Shown: positions 19,872 to 34,221 of the stretch, piece by piece
How positions within the stretch are numbered: position 1 is the first letter of the stretch
How the letters are laid out: every line of letters starts with the position of its first letter
Assembly: GCA_035318105.1 (NCBI GenBank)
Contig: DATHFM010000457.1
Coordinates: 1 to 46,532, forward strand
Reading direction: 5' to 3'
Length of the DNA stretch: 46,532 nt
Source: Propionibacteriaceae bacterium
GTDB taxonomy: Bacteria; Actinomycetota; Actinomycetes; Propionibacteriales; Propionibacteriaceae
Translations under genes and position numbers: made by a program
The notes under the pieces: generated by a model
Databases searched by the model: none
What the model saw: only the letters and a program-made list of their open reading frames with translations
What the model was told of the DNA's origin: nothing

Positions 19872-20897
19872 TTACTGACCTTGCGTGAAAAGCAGATCGA
19901 CCACCATCACCAGCGTCTCGCCAGGCTTGATCGAGGGGGTGGCATTGCCATCCGGATAGCCGTCGGTGGGGGGAATGACAAGCAACACCCGACTGCCAAC
20001 CGTCTGGTCCGTGAGACCCTTCACCATTCCAGGTAGCAGCCCAGACAGCGGAGAAGCAGCCGGCTCGCTGCCATAGCTCTCCTCCAGCACCTTGCCGTCA
20101 CTCCATCGCACCCAGAGGTAGTCGAAGGTGATGGTGTCGTTGGCGCCGACCTTCCTACCTTTGCCTTTTATCAGTGGCTGCACCTGGAGCGTGCTGGGCG
20201 GCTCGGATTCCGGAATGGTGATCTCGGGTGTCCCGCCCTTATCAGTCACGGTCGGAAGTCCTGCCTTAGGCCGCACCGAGGTGCCCTCTGGGCCGGCAAG
20301 CTGCGCGTCAACCACGTCGACGACGAAGATCAAAGTGTCACCGACCTCGATGCCGGCTTGAGGATTACCACCCATGGGGTCGTAGCCATCCTGCCCCGGC
20401 ATGGCAATCACCACACGGCTGCCCTTGTGCTGTCCGGTCAGTCCTTTGCTGAAGCCAGGCACGACCTGCGCCAAGCTGAAGGCAACCGGCTGCCCGGTGC
20501 TGAACGATTCGTCGAATTTCTTCCCGGTTCGCCCGTTGACCCCGTAGTAGTTGACCTGGACACCTTGGCCTTCGGAGATCACCGGGCCGTTCGAGGCATC
20601 AAGCACCTTGGTTCTGGTCTTGTCGATTGCCCATGGCGTGTCGAGCTTGACCTTCGGTGTATCTCCATAGCTACCAGTCACGGTGACCTTGTCCAGGTTG
20701 TTCGACGCCTTGATCGACTTGGGCTTAGGTGTCGGCTTCGGCGAAGCAGACGGACTGGCTGAGGTCGGCGTCGGCATCGGCGTTGCAGACGCTGAAGCTG
20801 CATCGGCGGCCGGCTCGTCGTTGCCGCATCCGGACAGAAGCAGCAGCGACGCAGCTAGCCCAAGGACGATTGCGGCCCTGAGCCGAGAAGAACGCAC
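19872..20897 (-). CDS. FKBP-type peptidyl-prolyl isomerase, lipoprotein with two FKBP domains
   Basis: Lipobox LLSGC, repeated GSRV...P..GY...G.TL.FVVD. TACCCT-N6-GTG at 20897. Confidence 0.9.
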   Translation of the reverse strand: MRSSRLRAAIVLGLAASLLLLSGCGNDEPAADAASASATPMPTPTSASPSASPKPTPKPKSIKASNNLDKVTVTGSYGDTPKVKLDTPWAIDKTRTKVLDASNGPVISEGQGVQVNYYGVNGRTGKKFDESFSTGQPVAFSLAQVVPGFSKGLTGQHKGSRVVIAMPGQDGYDPMGGNPQAGIEVGDTLIFVVDVVDAQLAGPEGTSVRPKAGLPTVTDKGGTPEITIPESEPPSTLQVQPLIKGKGRKVGANDTITFDYLWVRWSDGKVLEESYGSEPAASPLSGLLPGMVKGLTDQTVGSRVLLVIPPTDGYPDGNATPSIKPGETLVMVVDLLFTQGQ

Positions 20898-20949
20898 CGG
20901 AGAAGGGTACAGGGTCAACCCATGAGGATCCCGATGACAGAGCGTGCGA

Positions 20950-22317
20950 TCAGCTGCGCATAGAGGCGATCAAGCGCTCGACCCGGTCGTCAGTGGCGAC
21001 GAACGGGTCCTTGCAGAGCACCGTACGCTGCGCCTGGTCATTCAGCTTCAGATGGACCCAGTCGACCGTGTAGTCGTGGCGGCCCTCCTGCGCGGCACGG
21101 ATGAAGTCACCGCGAAGCTTGGCCCTCGTAGTCTGAGGCGGCACCGCCTTAGCACGGAAGATCGCCGGGTCGGTGGTGACACGTGCGGCCAGGCCATGAT
21201 GCTCGAGCAAGGAGAAGACTCCGCGCGCCCGTCGGATGTCGTGGTACGCCAGGTCGAGCTGCGCAATCCGCGGATCGGCAAACCCCAACCTGTGTTTGGC
21301 CGAGTAACGGTCGAGCAGCTTCAGCTTGATCGCCCAGTCGACCTCGGTGTCGATCAGTGCAAGCTTGTCCTCGGCTACTGCCCGCAGCGTCCGCTCCCAC
21401 AAGTCGAGCACCCGATCGACAATCCGAGTACCCAGGCTCTCCCGTCGGACGAACTCCGACACCTTTTCGTAGTACTCGGTCTGCAGCTCGAGCGCCGAAA
21501 CTCGCCTGCCGTTGGACAGTGCCACCCTCACCTGCCCGGACCGGTCTCGGCTCATGTCCCGGATGGCGCGAATCGGGTTCTCCAGCGTGAAGTCCCGCAT
21601 CGGGACGCCAGCCTCGATCAGCCGCAGCACCAGTTCGGCACTCCCAACCTTCAACAGCGTGGTGGTCTCGCTCATATTGGAGTCCCCGACGATGACGTGG
21701 AGCCGCCGGTAGCGTTCCGGATCAGCGTGCGGCTCGTCACGGGTGTTGATGATGGGCCGGCTGCGAGTGGTCGCCGACGACACACTCTCCCAGATGTGCT
21801 CAGCGCGCTGGCTCACGCTGTACTCCGCTCCGCGAGCGGTATGCAGCACCTTGCCCGCACCGCAGATCAGCTGACGGGAAACAAGGAACGGCACCAGCAC
21901 ATCTGTGATCTTGGAGAAGTCACCGACTCGCGAGATCAGGTAGTTCTCGTGACAGCCATAGGAGTTGCCATGGCTGTCGGTGTTGTTCTTGAACAGGTAG
22001 ATGTCGCCGGTAATGCCCTCGCTCGCCAGCCGATGTTCGGCGTCGACGATCAAGTCCTCCAGGATCCGCTCGCCGGCGCGATCGTGGTTGATGAGCTGGA
22101 TGAGATCGTCGCACTCTGCCGTGGCGTACTCCGGATGCGAGCCGACATCGAGGTAGATGCGTGATCCATTGCGGAGGAAGACATTGCTGCTACGTCCCCA
22201 GGTGACGACGCGGCGGAACAGATAGCGCGCCACTTCGTCCGGAGTGAGCCGTCGCGTGCCGCCAGAGGTGCACGCGACGCCATACTCCGTCTCAAGTCCG
22301 AAGATTCTGCGGTCCAC
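20950..22317 (-). CDS. pafA: Pup--protein ligase
   Basis: [69 protein letters not shown]. Confidence 0.97.
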   Translation of the reverse strand: MDRRIFGLETEYGVACTSGGTRRLTPDEVARYLFRRVVTWGRSSNVFLRNGSRIYLDVGSHPEYATAECDDLIQLINHDRAGERILEDLIVDAEHRLASEGITGDIYLFKNNTDSHGNSYGCHENYLISRVGDFSKITDVLVPFLVSRQLICGAGKVLHTARGAEYSVSQRAEHIWESVSSATTRSRPIINTRDEPHADPERYRRLHVIVGDSNMSETTTLLKVGSAELVLRLIEAGVPMRDFTLENPIRAIRDMSRDRSGQVRVALSNGRRVSALELQTEYYEKVSEFVRRESLGTRIVDRVLDLWERTLRAVAEDKLALIDTEVDWAIKLKLLDRYSAKHRLGFADPRIAQLDLAYHDIRRARGVFSLLEHHGLAARVTTDPAIFRAKAVPPQTTRAKLRGDFIRAAQEGRHDYTVDWVHLKLNDQAQRTVLCKDPFVATDDRVERLIASMRS

Positions 22318-22353
22318 TGCCCTCCTCTGCCTGCGCGGTCAGCCCCCCGCTGG

Positions 22354-23094
22354 TCAGCCACCGATAAGGTCCAGCAACCCGCCGAGTTCCTCACGAGTCA
22401 GGTCACGGTACTCCCCGACTTTCAGGTTCCCAAGCCGAACTGGTCCGATCCCGATCCGCGACAACCGACGGACCGGATGGCCAACCGCTTCCATCGTACG
22501 GCGCACGATGCGATTCCGACCTTCCTGAATTGTGATCTTGAGAAGCGTCTTGTCGCCGGCTGTGGACACGATCTTGACCGAGGTAGGCCGTACGGGTCCG
22601 TCCTCGAGCGTGATGCCGCGCCGCAACCGGCTGAGGGCCTGCTCGCCCACTAGACCGCCTACTTCGGCAATGTAGGTCTTCGTCACCTGGTACGAGGGAT
22701 GCGCCAGCCGGTGCGCGAAGTCGCCGTCGTTGGTCAAGATCAGCAATCCTTCGGTGTCGGTGTCCAGCCGGCCGACGTGAAACAGCCGGTCCTCCTTACC
22801 TTTGGTGACCAGATCAGCGACTGTGCGCCGGCCTTCTGGATCGCTCATTGTGGTCACCACACCGCGAGGTTTGTTCAGCGCCAGGTATCGGTGCCGGCGC
22901 GGCGGTGGAATCCGGGCGCCGTCAACACGGATGACATCCCGCTCTGGATCGACCCTTCTGCCCTGCTCGGTAACGATTTCGGAGTTGACTTCGACGCGTC
23001 CTTCGCTGATGAGGATCTCGCATCCGCGACGAGAGGCAATTCCAGCGGCAGCCAAGACCTTCTGGAGACGTACGCCCTCGGCAGGCTGGGTCAT
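22354..23094 (-). CDS. rluB: RluB/RsuA-family rRNA pseudouridine synthase
   Basis: S4 domain RLQKVLAAAGIASRR, HVGRLD, EGRNRIVRR. Confidence 0.93.
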   Translation of the reverse strand: MTQPAEGVRLQKVLAAAGIASRRGCEILISEGRVEVNSEIVTEQGRRVDPERDVIRVDGARIPPPRRHRYLALNKPRGVVTTMSDPEGRRTVADLVTKGKEDRLFHVGRLDTDTEGLLILTNDGDFAHRLAHPSYQVTKTYIAEVGGLVGEQALSRLRRGITLEDGPVRPTSVKIVSTAGDKTLLKITIQEGRNRIVRRTMEAVGHPVRRLSRIGIGPVRLGNLKVGEYRDLTREELGGLLDLIGG

Positions 23095-23783
23095 TAGGGC
23101 GGCTGCTGGACCGGCTCGGTGTCCGGCTCAGCAGCTCCGGGATCGATGTGACCTGAGCCCCGCACGGTCCCGGCCAGCTGGCCAAGCTCGGCCTCCAGCT
23201 CCTCCACTTCGGGCAGTTGTGGGGCAAGAGGCGGCAGATCCTCCAGCGTCTTTAGACCCATGCGTTCCAGGAAATAGCTGGTGGTGGTAAACAGCACCGC
23301 GCCGGACTCCGGGTCATGACCGGCCTCCTCGATCAGCCCGCGGGCTAGCAGAGTTCTCATCACGCCGTCGACATTGACTCCTCGCACGGCAGACACTCGG
23401 GCACGAGATATCGGCTGGGTGTAAGCGACGACCGCCAGCGTCTCCAGGGCGGCCTGGGAAAGCCTCGATTGCTGCCCTTCCACCACAGATCGGGTGATCA
23501 GGTCTGCATGCTCCTCACGGGTGTAGTACCGCCAGCCACCAGCGACCTGCCGGAGCTCGAAACCCCGACCAGTCTCGGTGTAGAAAGCGACCAACTCCGT
23601 CAGCGTCTCGGCGACCTCCGACTCAGGCACCCCCACCGCCTGCGCCAGCTCAAACTCGGTGACTGGCTCGGCGGCCAGCAGCAGCAGCGCCTCCAGAGCT
23701 CCCGCCACATTCACCGAGTTGTCAGCGTCGGTGGCTGCCATAGCGACCTCAGACGCTGACAAGTCGGGGTTGTTGTCGCTCAT
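23094..23783 (-). CDS. scpB: SMC-Scp complex subunit ScpB
   Basis: GFELRQVAGGWR, LSQAALETLAVVAYTQPISR, VRGVN. Confidence 0.95.
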   Translation of the reverse strand: MSDNNPDLSASEVAMAATDADNSVNVAGALEALLLLAAEPVTEFELAQAVGVPESEVAETLTELVAFYTETGRGFELRQVAGGWRYYTREEHADLITRSVVEGQQSRLSQAALETLAVVAYTQPISRARVSAVRGVNVDGVMRTLLARGLIEEAGHDPESGAVLFTTTSYFLERMGLKTLEDLPPLAPQLPEVEELEAELGQLAGTVRGSGHIDPGAAEPDTEPVQQPP

Positions 23784-24652
23784 TCATCCATCTCGGGTGT
23801 CTCGGTGGTCTCGTCGAACTCATCAGATATCGCCCATTCACCATCGTCGGCCCCGGTCCAACGGATGGTCAGCTCGCCGAGCGGCGTCAGCTGCTCGAAT
23901 GCGACCGCGCCGTCGCGAAACAGCTCCAGCAGCGCGAGAAACCGGGCCACCGTGGTCAACATGTTGGCGGAGTCGTGGGTGAGCGCTCGAAAGGTCATGG
24001 CGCGCTGTTGCTGCAACCGGTCAACAACGACCGTGGCCTGCTCCCGAACGCTCACCACCGGCGCATGCATGTGGGCCAGCGACAAAACGCTGAGCCGCTT
24101 CGGTGCCATTGCCTTCGCGGCCAGGTCGGCGAGCCGGGCGGGACTGATCGAGATCGTGACCTCGGGCATCAGCCGGGCGAATCGTGGCTCCATCCCCACC
24201 TCGCGAGGAAACCGTCGCCCCTGCGCCTGGAGAGTCGCGGCGAAATAGCTGGCCACGCGCTGGAATGCGCGGTACTGCAGCAGCCGCGCGAACAGCAGGT
24301 CCCGAGCTTCCAGCAAGGCCAGGTCCTCTGGATCCTCGACTTCTCCGGAGGGGATCAGCCGGGCGGCCTTGAGGTCTAACAATGTTGCGGCCACCACCAT
24401 GAATTGGCTCGTCTGATCCAGATCCCAGCTAGTGCCAGCAGCCTTGATGTGACCAATGAATTCATCAGTCACCTGGGAGAGCGCGACCTCGGTGATATCC
24501 AATTTGTGCCGCGAGATCAGGTGCAGTAGCAGGTCGAAGGGACCCTCGAAGTTGTCGAGATGAACCTCGAAGCCTCCGCTCTCGGACTTCCCGGCGGCGC
24601 GGTCCGGCAGCCCTCCTCCTTGTTCCACCTCCGCTGGCAGGGTGCGATTCAC
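23780..24652 (-). CDS. scpA: segregation/condensation kleisin ScpA
   Basis: FEGPFDLLLHLI, AATLLDLKAARL, ARFLALLEL. Confidence 0.95.
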   Translation of the reverse strand: MNRTLPAEVEQGGGLPDRAAGKSESGGFEVHLDNFEGPFDLLLHLISRHKLDITEVALSQVTDEFIGHIKAAGTSWDLDQTSQFMVVAATLLDLKAARLIPSGEVEDPEDLALLEARDLLFARLLQYRAFQRVASYFAATLQAQGRRFPREVGMEPRFARLMPEVTISISPARLADLAAKAMAPKRLSVLSLAHMHAPVVSVREQATVVVDRLQQQRAMTFRALTHDSANMLTTVARFLALLELFRDGAVAFEQLTPLGELTIRWTGADDGEWAISDEFDETTETPEMDE

Positions 24653-24927
24653 GACGTAGACAGCCTGCGAACCAGCTCGGAGTCGTCCGCGCTCGCCTCA
24701 AGATCGGCAAGCATCGCCGCGATCGCCTCACGAACGATCCGCCCACGGTCGACGGCCATGCCGTACTGAGCCCGCAATGTCAGCCTCGCCTGCTCCAGCG
24801 CCACCAACTCCTCGGCGCTCACATAGACGGTGATCTTCTCCTCGTGGCGGATCCGTCCGGTACCACGCCGCGCGGCCGGCTCTGTCGTCAGTTCCGACGC
24901 TGCAGCCAGCCCTACACGACGCGGCAT
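24649..24927 (-). CDS. small conserved hypothetical protein, ribbon-helix-helix-like
   Basis: 92 aa, overlapping both neighbours. Strand-like KITVYVS followed by two predicted helices. Confidence 0.75.
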   Translation of the reverse strand: MPRRVGLAAASELTTEPAARRGTGRIRHEEKITVYVSAEELVALEQARLTLRAQYGMAVDRGRIVREAIAAMLADLEASADDSELVRRLSTS

Positions 24928-25997
24928 CGGGCCAGCACCTCACGAGCCAGGTTGCGATAAGCCTCCGCTCCTGGCGATGTGGGGGCATACGTCGTGATTG
25001 GCTCCCCGGCCACGGTCGTCTCCGGGAACTTCACCGTGCGTCGAATGACGGTGTGGAAGACCTGCTCTTCGAAGGCCTCGACGACTCGCTCCAGCACCTC
25101 GCGACTGTGCAGCGTACGCGGGTCGTACATCGTGCCGAGGATTCCCAGGATCTCCAACTTCGGATTCAGCCGGTCCTGCACCTTGGCAATCGTGTCGGTC
25201 AGCAACGCGATACCGCGCAGTGCAAAGAACTCGGTCTCCAACGGCATGATGACTCGATCAGCTGCGGTCAACGCGTTGATCGTCAGCAGCCCGAGTGAGG
25301 GGGCGCAGTCTATAAGAATCACGTCGTAGCGGCTCCGGACCGACTCCAGCAACCGAACCAAGGTCTGTTCCCGCGCCACCTCGGAGACCAGCTGAATCTC
25401 GGCCGCCGCCAGGTCGATGTTGCTGGGCAAGATGTCCAACCCGGGCACGTTGGTTTGATCGATCACGTCATCGATCGACGTGTCGCGACTCAGCAGCAGG
25501 TTGTAAATGCTTGCCGAGAGGGTGTGGGGATTGACCCCCAGTCCGACCGAGAGCGAACCCTGCGGGTCGAAGTCCACCAGCAGCACGTGGCGGCCGAGTT
25601 CGGCGAGAGCAGCGCCGAGATTAATCGTCGTCGTGGTCTTTCCGACTCCGCCCTTCTGATTGCACATGGCGATGATCAGGGCTGGTCCGTGCTCGGTCAG
25701 CGGCGGCGGTGTCGGCAGGTCGGGCCATGGACGACCGGTAGGACCGATCACCGGCTCGGGGTCGACTGACTGCGCGACACCGTCCGGTGGTGCCGCCACG
25801 ACGAGGTCCTCGCCGATCTCGGTCTGCTGTTCAGACCGGAGCAGCGGCCACTCGAATTCGGTGGTATCGAGATAGTGCTCGTCGGTCAGGTCGGCCACCA
25901 CGCTACGCGAGGATGCCACGACGGTGGGCGGAGCCTCGCCGCCCTCGTGGAGCTCCTGCACTCCTGCCTCCTCCAAGCAGCTTTGTCGACACGACAC
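24912..25997 (-). CDS. ParA/Soj-family ATPase (PldP/Rv1708/ParH-like, start uncertain)
   Basis: Deviant Walker A NQKGGVGKTTT, DFDPQG, IDCAPSLGLLT. Acidic N-terminal extension. Confidence 0.93.
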   Translation of the reverse strand: MSCRQSCLEEAGVQELHEGGEAPPTVVASSRSVVADLTDEHYLDTTEFEWPLLRSEQQTEIGEDLVVAAPPDGVAQSVDPEPVIGPTGRPWPDLPTPPPLTEHGPALIIAMCNQKGGVGKTTTTINLGAALAELGRHVLLVDFDPQGSLSVGLGVNPHTLSASIYNLLLSRDTSIDDVIDQTNVPGLDILPSNIDLAAAEIQLVSEVAREQTLVRLLESVRSRYDVILIDCAPSLGLLTINALTAADRVIMPLETEFFALRGIALLTDTIAKVQDRLNPKLEILGILGTMYDPRTLHSREVLERVVEAFEEQVFHTVIRRTVKFPETTVAGEPITTYAPTSPGAEAYRNLAREVLARCRVV

Positions 25998-26950
25998 TAA
26001 TACGCGCGGGGGTGGGAAGTGAGGAAGACTTCCCGTAAGTGGTCGATGGTTACCAGTGTGTAGATCTGCGTGGTAGTGACCGACGCGTGGCCAAGCAACT
26101 CCTGAACGACGCGGACGTCAGCCCCACCATCGAGTAGATGTGTGGCATAGGAGTGCCGCAACGTGTGTGGTGACACGTCGGCTGTGATGCCCGCCTTGTC
26201 GGCCACCGACCGCAGTATCGCCCAAGCGCTCTGCCTCGATAACCGGCCGCCCCGGGTATTCAGGAACAGTGCCGGAGTGCCGCGACCGCCCGCGGCGAGT
26301 ACCGGCCGGCCGCGTACCAGGTATGCATCGAGCGCGGCCCGTGCGTACGAGCCAACCGGCACAATGCGTTCTCTGTCTCCTTTACCGAGGACGCGCAGTC
26401 CTGGGGTCGGCTCGCCAGCCCCAGCCCGTATCAGGCGATCGATGTCGTCCACATCGAGCGCGACGGCCTCGGAGATCCTTATCCCCGTGCCGTAGAGCAG
26501 CTCCAACAGCGCTGCGTCACGGATTCCAACCTCAGTATCGGTCGCTGGGGCGGCGAGCATGGCCTGGACCTGCTCCAGGCTCAAGGCTTTCGGCAGCCGC
26601 CTCGGCGGTTTTGGCGGCCGGACGCTCCGCGCGGGATCTTCGGCGGTTAGCCCTTCGGCATGAGCGAAGCGATGCAGGTTGCGTACCGCGATCACCGCCC
26701 GTGCAGCACTCGCACTCGCCAGCGGCAGCTCTATCCAACCGGTACCGTCTGGTGCCGCTACGCCTTCGCGCAACTGCGCCAAGTAGTTGCCGATCATCGC
26801 GCTGGTTACCTGCGACGGATCGGTGATGCCGTGGTCTGCGAGGTAGCCGGCGTAGCGGCGCAGGTCGCGACCGTAGGCTCCTATCGTGTGCCGAGACATG
26901 CCTCGCTCCACGGTCAGATGGTCGAGGTAGGTCTGAATGAGTCCCTGCAT
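25997..26950 (-). CDS. xerD: site-specific tyrosine recombinase XerD
   Basis: [51 protein letters not shown]. Conserved ald-xerD-parA context. Confidence 0.93.
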   Translation of the reverse strand: MQGLIQTYLDHLTVERGMSRHTIGAYGRDLRRYAGYLADHGITDPSQVTSAMIGNYLAQLREGVAAPDGTGWIELPLASASAARAVIAVRNLHRFAHAEGLTAEDPARSVRPPKPPRRLPKALSLEQVQAMLAAPATDTEVGIRDAALLELLYGTGIRISEAVALDVDDIDRLIRAGAGEPTPGLRVLGKGDRERIVPVGSYARAALDAYLVRGRPVLAAGGRGTPALFLNTRGGRLSRQSAWAILRSVADKAGITADVSPHTLRHSYATHLLDGGADVRVVQELLGHASVTTTQIYTLVTIDHLREVFLTSHPRAY

Positions 26951-26960
26951 TGTGGGACCG

Positions 26961-28076
26961 TCAGCCGAGGACGTCTGCCAGCTCTTGGTGCTCTTGCCCA
27001 TGCGCCTGGGCGACTGGACCGTTGATGATCGCGCCTTCGTGGGTGTTCAGTCCTAGTGCGAGCGCGGGGTCAGCCTTGAGCGCATCCCGCCAACCGTTGA
27101 TTGCGAGGCTCAATCCGTACGGCAGCGTGACGTTGGTCAGCGCATATGTCGAAGTGTTGGGCACCGCGCCCGGCATATTGGCTACGCAGTAGAACACCGA
27201 GTTGTGGACCCTGTAGGTCGGCTCGGCGTGCGTGGTCGGCCGGCTGTCCTCGAAGCAGCCGCCTTGGTCGATGGCAATGTCGACGAGTACGCTGCCAGGT
27301 CGCATTCGGGAGACCAGGTCGTTGCTGATCAGGGTGGGTGCCTTGGCACCGGGCACCAGCACAGCGCCGATGATCAGATCAGCGTCCAACACGGCGCGCT
27401 CGATCTCGTACGCGTTGGAGGCAACGGTCTGCAGATGCCCCTGGTAGATCCGATCAGCCTCCCGCAGCTTGTCGATGTTGCGGTCCAGCAGCAGCACCTC
27501 GGCCTGCATGCCGAGCGCGATCGCCGCGGCATTCATGCCCGACACACCTGCGCCGATCACCACGACTTTTGCGGCATAGACGCCCGAGACACCCCCTAGC
27601 AGGGTGCCTCGACCGCCGCCCTGCCGCATCAGGTGATACGCCCCGACCTGGGGCGCTAGACGACCGGCTACCTCGCTCATCGGAGCCAGCAGCGGCAAGG
27701 TGCCATTGTCCAACTGCACCGTCTCGTACGCGATGCCGGTGACCTTCCTATCCAGCAGGGCCCGCGTACAGTCCCGGCTGGCTGCCAGATGCAGGTAGGT
27801 GAACAGCACCTGGCCTGGCTGCATCCGGTCGTACTCGATCGGGATTGGCTCCTTGACTTTCAAGATCAGCTCTGCCTGCTGCCACACCTCGTTGGGGCTC
27901 GCAGCGATTTTGGCCCCGGCTGCGGCAAATTCGTCGTCGGTGATTGATGAGCCGATGCCCGCGCCGGATTGGACGATCACCTCATGGCCGTACCTTGTGA
28001 ACTCGTTCACCCCAGCTGGCGTGATGGCAACCCGATACTCATGGTCTTTGACCTCGCTGGGTACGCCGACTCTCAT
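26961..28076 (-). CDS. ald: alanine dehydrogenase
   Basis: [55 protein letters not shown]. Confidence 0.97.
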   Translation of the reverse strand: MRVGVPSEVKDHEYRVAITPAGVNEFTRYGHEVIVQSGAGIGSSITDDEFAAAGAKIAASPNEVWQQAELILKVKEPIPIEYDRMQPGQVLFTYLHLAASRDCTRALLDRKVTGIAYETVQLDNGTLPLLAPMSEVAGRLAPQVGAYHLMRQGGGRGTLLGGVSGVYAAKVVVIGAGVSGMNAAAIALGMQAEVLLLDRNIDKLREADRIYQGHLQTVASNAYEIERAVLDADLIIGAVLVPGAKAPTLISNDLVSRMRPGSVLVDIAIDQGGCFEDSRPTTHAEPTYRVHNSVFYCVANMPGAVPNTSTYALTNVTLPYGLSLAINGWRDALKADPALALGLNTHEGAIINGPVAQAHGQEHQELADVLG

Positions 28077-28171
28077 TGATCCTCCTGATGTGGGGCATCA
28101 GCTTGATCATGCCACGCAGCGCCGGATCAGGTGGCTGGGCGCACATCGGCATGACCGTTAGGCAGCGGGAG

Positions 28172-28248
28172 CCCTGATTTCGCATCACCAGTGCCTCGAA
28201 ACGGGTCCACCACGCGCTCTGACACCCGATGGAGATGCATTTTCAGGG
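28172..28248. repeat. imperfect long hairpin (CCCTGA...TCAGGG termini)
   Basis: CCCTGA-tttc-GCATCACCA pairs with TGGAGATGC-attt-TCAGGG. Inner CGGGT/ACCCG. Confidence 0.55.
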
Positions 28249-28282
28249 TCAACTGGCCTGTCCGCCTTCAGGCGATTGCCGA

Positions 28283-31717
<3,435 letters not shown>

Positions 31718-31721
<4 letters not shown>

Positions 31722-33313
31722 TCCGAACCCACCTCTGCCGACCGGGTACGCCGGCGCAGCGCCCACAGCTGGGCCAGCAGTGAGGGAGCCAGAAGTCGCA
31801 GCATCGCTGTGAACACTAAGGCACAGAGCACGGCCAGGGTGCAGGCGCCCAGTACCGCGGCAACGATGCCGACGTCGGTCAAAAGCTGCGAGCCGGCCGC
31901 CCCCACGCTGGCGGCAAGCACAGCAGCCGCCAGGCCTACCAACATCGGTCTTGCCAGCCCGACGGCTGCCATCCCGGACTGTCGCAGCAGCACCCATCCC
32001 GCAATCGCGCCGACGACCATTCCCAGCGAGACGCTGCCTGCCAGTGCCGGGACCAGCCAGTCGGCCGGAACCAACGGCCGCACCAAAGCCACGCTGACGA
32101 TCACCGCAGCCCACGCGCCCGCATTCGCGATGCCCGACGCCTTGCCCATGTGTTGGGCGAGCAAAGTGCGTGACGCCAGTCCGAGCAGCGTGAACCCGAC
32201 AACCGCAGGCGCAAACGCCGCAATCGGCCAGGCCAGCGCACCCGTGCGTCCTGAGCCGGGGCCGAGTACGAACACACGGGCAACCGGAACAGCGGTCGCC
32301 ACCAAGACGGCGGCGCCGAGCCATGCCATGACGACGATTGCAGGGCCAGTTTCGGAGAGCACCTGGCCAACGTCTGCTCGGCTCTGCCCAGCAGCGGCGG
32401 CGAGCCGCGGGAAGGTCAGCTGCAGCAGTGGGGCAGCCAGCACGGCGTAGGGAAGCAGATAGATGGCGTTTGCCCAGGTGAACCGGGTCAACGCACCTTG
32501 ATCACCGGTCTGCTGCGCCGACCAGTTGATCAACAACACACTGAGCTGTTGCAACACCAAGCCGACGATCCCTGCCGCGGCGATCGTCATGATCACCGAG
32601 CGGTCACCGTCGGCAAAACGCAGCCGCGGCCTGAGCCGCAGCCCGATCCGGCCAAGGGGCACCAGCGTGCAAGCGGCCAGAGCGAGCACACCCAATGTCG
32701 TGCCCCATCCCAGCGCCGCGAGAGACTGGCTGGTCAGCTGCGTCGGCTCGTCGTTCGCTGCTGGAGGCGCCAGGACAGCGTAGCTGAGATAGGCCATGAT
32801 CACCACGACGCTGGAGAGCAGCGGCGCGCCCGCGGCCGCGAGGAACCGGTGATGAGCCTGGAGTATGCCTGCGCTGACCACCGCCAAGCCGTACAGCCAA
32901 ACCTGCGGCGCGAACATCACGACGAGCGCGGCCAGAGCGTCTGCACTGCCCGCGCAGTCGGCCTTGGCAAAGGCTGCGGCGAACAGCCGAGCGCCGGCGA
33001 GCACCGCGAGTCCGGCCGGCGTCAGCACCAACAAGGTCCAGGTCATCAACGCAGACGCGGTGCGGGCAGCATCAGACCTCCGCCCAGCGCCGACATGGCG
33101 TGCCACGATGGGCACCACGACACCGGCAAGGACGCCCCCGGCGACAATCTCGAAGAGCACATTGGGCAAGCTGTTGGCCGCGTTGTACGTGTCGCCGAGG
33201 CAGGTATCTCCAACTGTCTTCGAAAAGACCAGTGACCTGCCGAATCCGACGAGACGCGCTGCGAGAGTGAGTCCCGCCACCCCCGCGGCGACTGAGGCGA
33301 AACTGGCTCTCAC
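31718..33313 (-). CDS. MurJ/MviN-like lipid-linked oligosaccharide flippase
   Basis: ARLVGFGR, YNAANSLPNVLFEIVAGG, LPYAV, many TM segments. Confidence 0.85.
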
Positions 33314-34221
33314 GCGGAGGATGGTCTCTGCTCACGTGGCGTGGACACTGCCGTGGCGGCGCGTCCAAGCTGATCCAATCGGTGCAGCAGTGGTGTGCGT
33401 TCGATCACGTCGGTGAAGCTCACTCGCTCGCTGGCCACGTTGAGCGCCGCTACCGCGCCGAACGCGAGGAGCCGGAACGGCCGCGGTAAGGACTGAGCAG
33501 CGGCCGTGGCGACCGCAGCACCAAGCGCATTGGCGCCGCAGTCACCAAGCATGGATCGCGCGGCCAGATCGGTCGGCATGCTGCCAGCCGCAGCGCCGAC
33601 CGCCGGCGCGGCGCCGGAACCTAACAGGCCGGCGCCCAGCAGGATGGTCGCCTTAGCTGCTCGACCGGGTCGCAGGTCGAGCAGATTGGTGAGATTGGCT
33701 GTCGCTGCGATGAGTGCCGTGTCGAGTAGGCCGTCCAGGACCCGGCATACCACCTTCGGACAGCCAGGCCGCGCGTACTGGATCAGGACCGCAGCGGCCG
33801 CCGCGCTGAGGCCGACCCCAAGAATCTTGATCATTCCGCTGGTCACGTCACCGGAACGCAACGCGCGAAGGTGTCCGCGGAAACCCTTCGCCTGGGTCGT
33901 TCCGAAGTGGTCGTCGTACGCCCCCACCGCGCCAGATCCGACGCCGGCCACAGCCACTGCCAAGCTCCTGCGACCCGACTTGTCCAGCAGCCGGTCGATG
34001 CCCGCACCGACCAGCAGCGCGCCGACGGCGATCGGACCCTCTGCGAGAGTGACGCTCGCCCCTGCGTGGTTGGTCCGGATCCAACGTGAAGCCGATTTGG
34101 CGCTGTCGCGAGACTGAGCGGCGTGGCTTGGCAGCGCCTGCGTCGCTCGCCGGTTGGCGCCTGCCGCCACCAAGGCCGCAGCGCACCCCGAGGCCGCACA
34201 GGCCAGCAACCGACGGATCAT
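33310..34221 (-). CDS. MraY/WecA-like (polyprenyl-phosphate sugar-1-phosphate transferase-like) membrane protein
   Basis: GAYDD, KGFRGH, NLTNLLDLRPGRA and MLGDCGANALG resemble the DD, NxxNxxD and MGDxG motifs. Confidence 0.7.
   Translation of the reverse strand: MIRRLLACAASGCAAALVAAGANRRATQALPSHAAQSRDSAKSASRWIRTNHAGASVTLAEGPIAVGALLVGAGIDRLLDKSGRRSLAVAVAGVGSGAVGAYDDHFGTTQAKGFRGHLRALRSGDVTSGMIKILGVGLSAAAAAVLIQYARPGCPKVVCRVLDGLLDTALIAATANLTNLLDLRPGRAAKATILLGAGLLGSGAAPAVGAAAGSMPTDLAARSMLGDCGANALGAAVATAAAQSLPRPFRLLAFGAVAALNVASERVSFTDVIERTPLLHRLDQLGRAATAVSTPREQRPSSA

Noticed and set aside
20944-22164. 406-aa plus-strand ORF opposite pafA (likewise 81-1178, 1771-2793, 12237-13229, 13996-15270, 29053-30000, 31302-32450, 40199-41326)
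   Set aside because: Antisense shadows of well-supported genes, expected in high-GC DNA. No recognisable motifs.
25997-26950. Tyrosine recombinase as a prophage or island integrase
   Set aside because: Sequence and context match housekeeping XerD. No att sites or cargo seen.
31722-32324. Long N-terminal extensions in the ORF track (GT4 to 32324, GT87 to 4691, recN to 38899, tlyA to 40735)
   Set aside because: They overlap upstream genes. Internal starts at stop/start overlaps fit family N-termini better.
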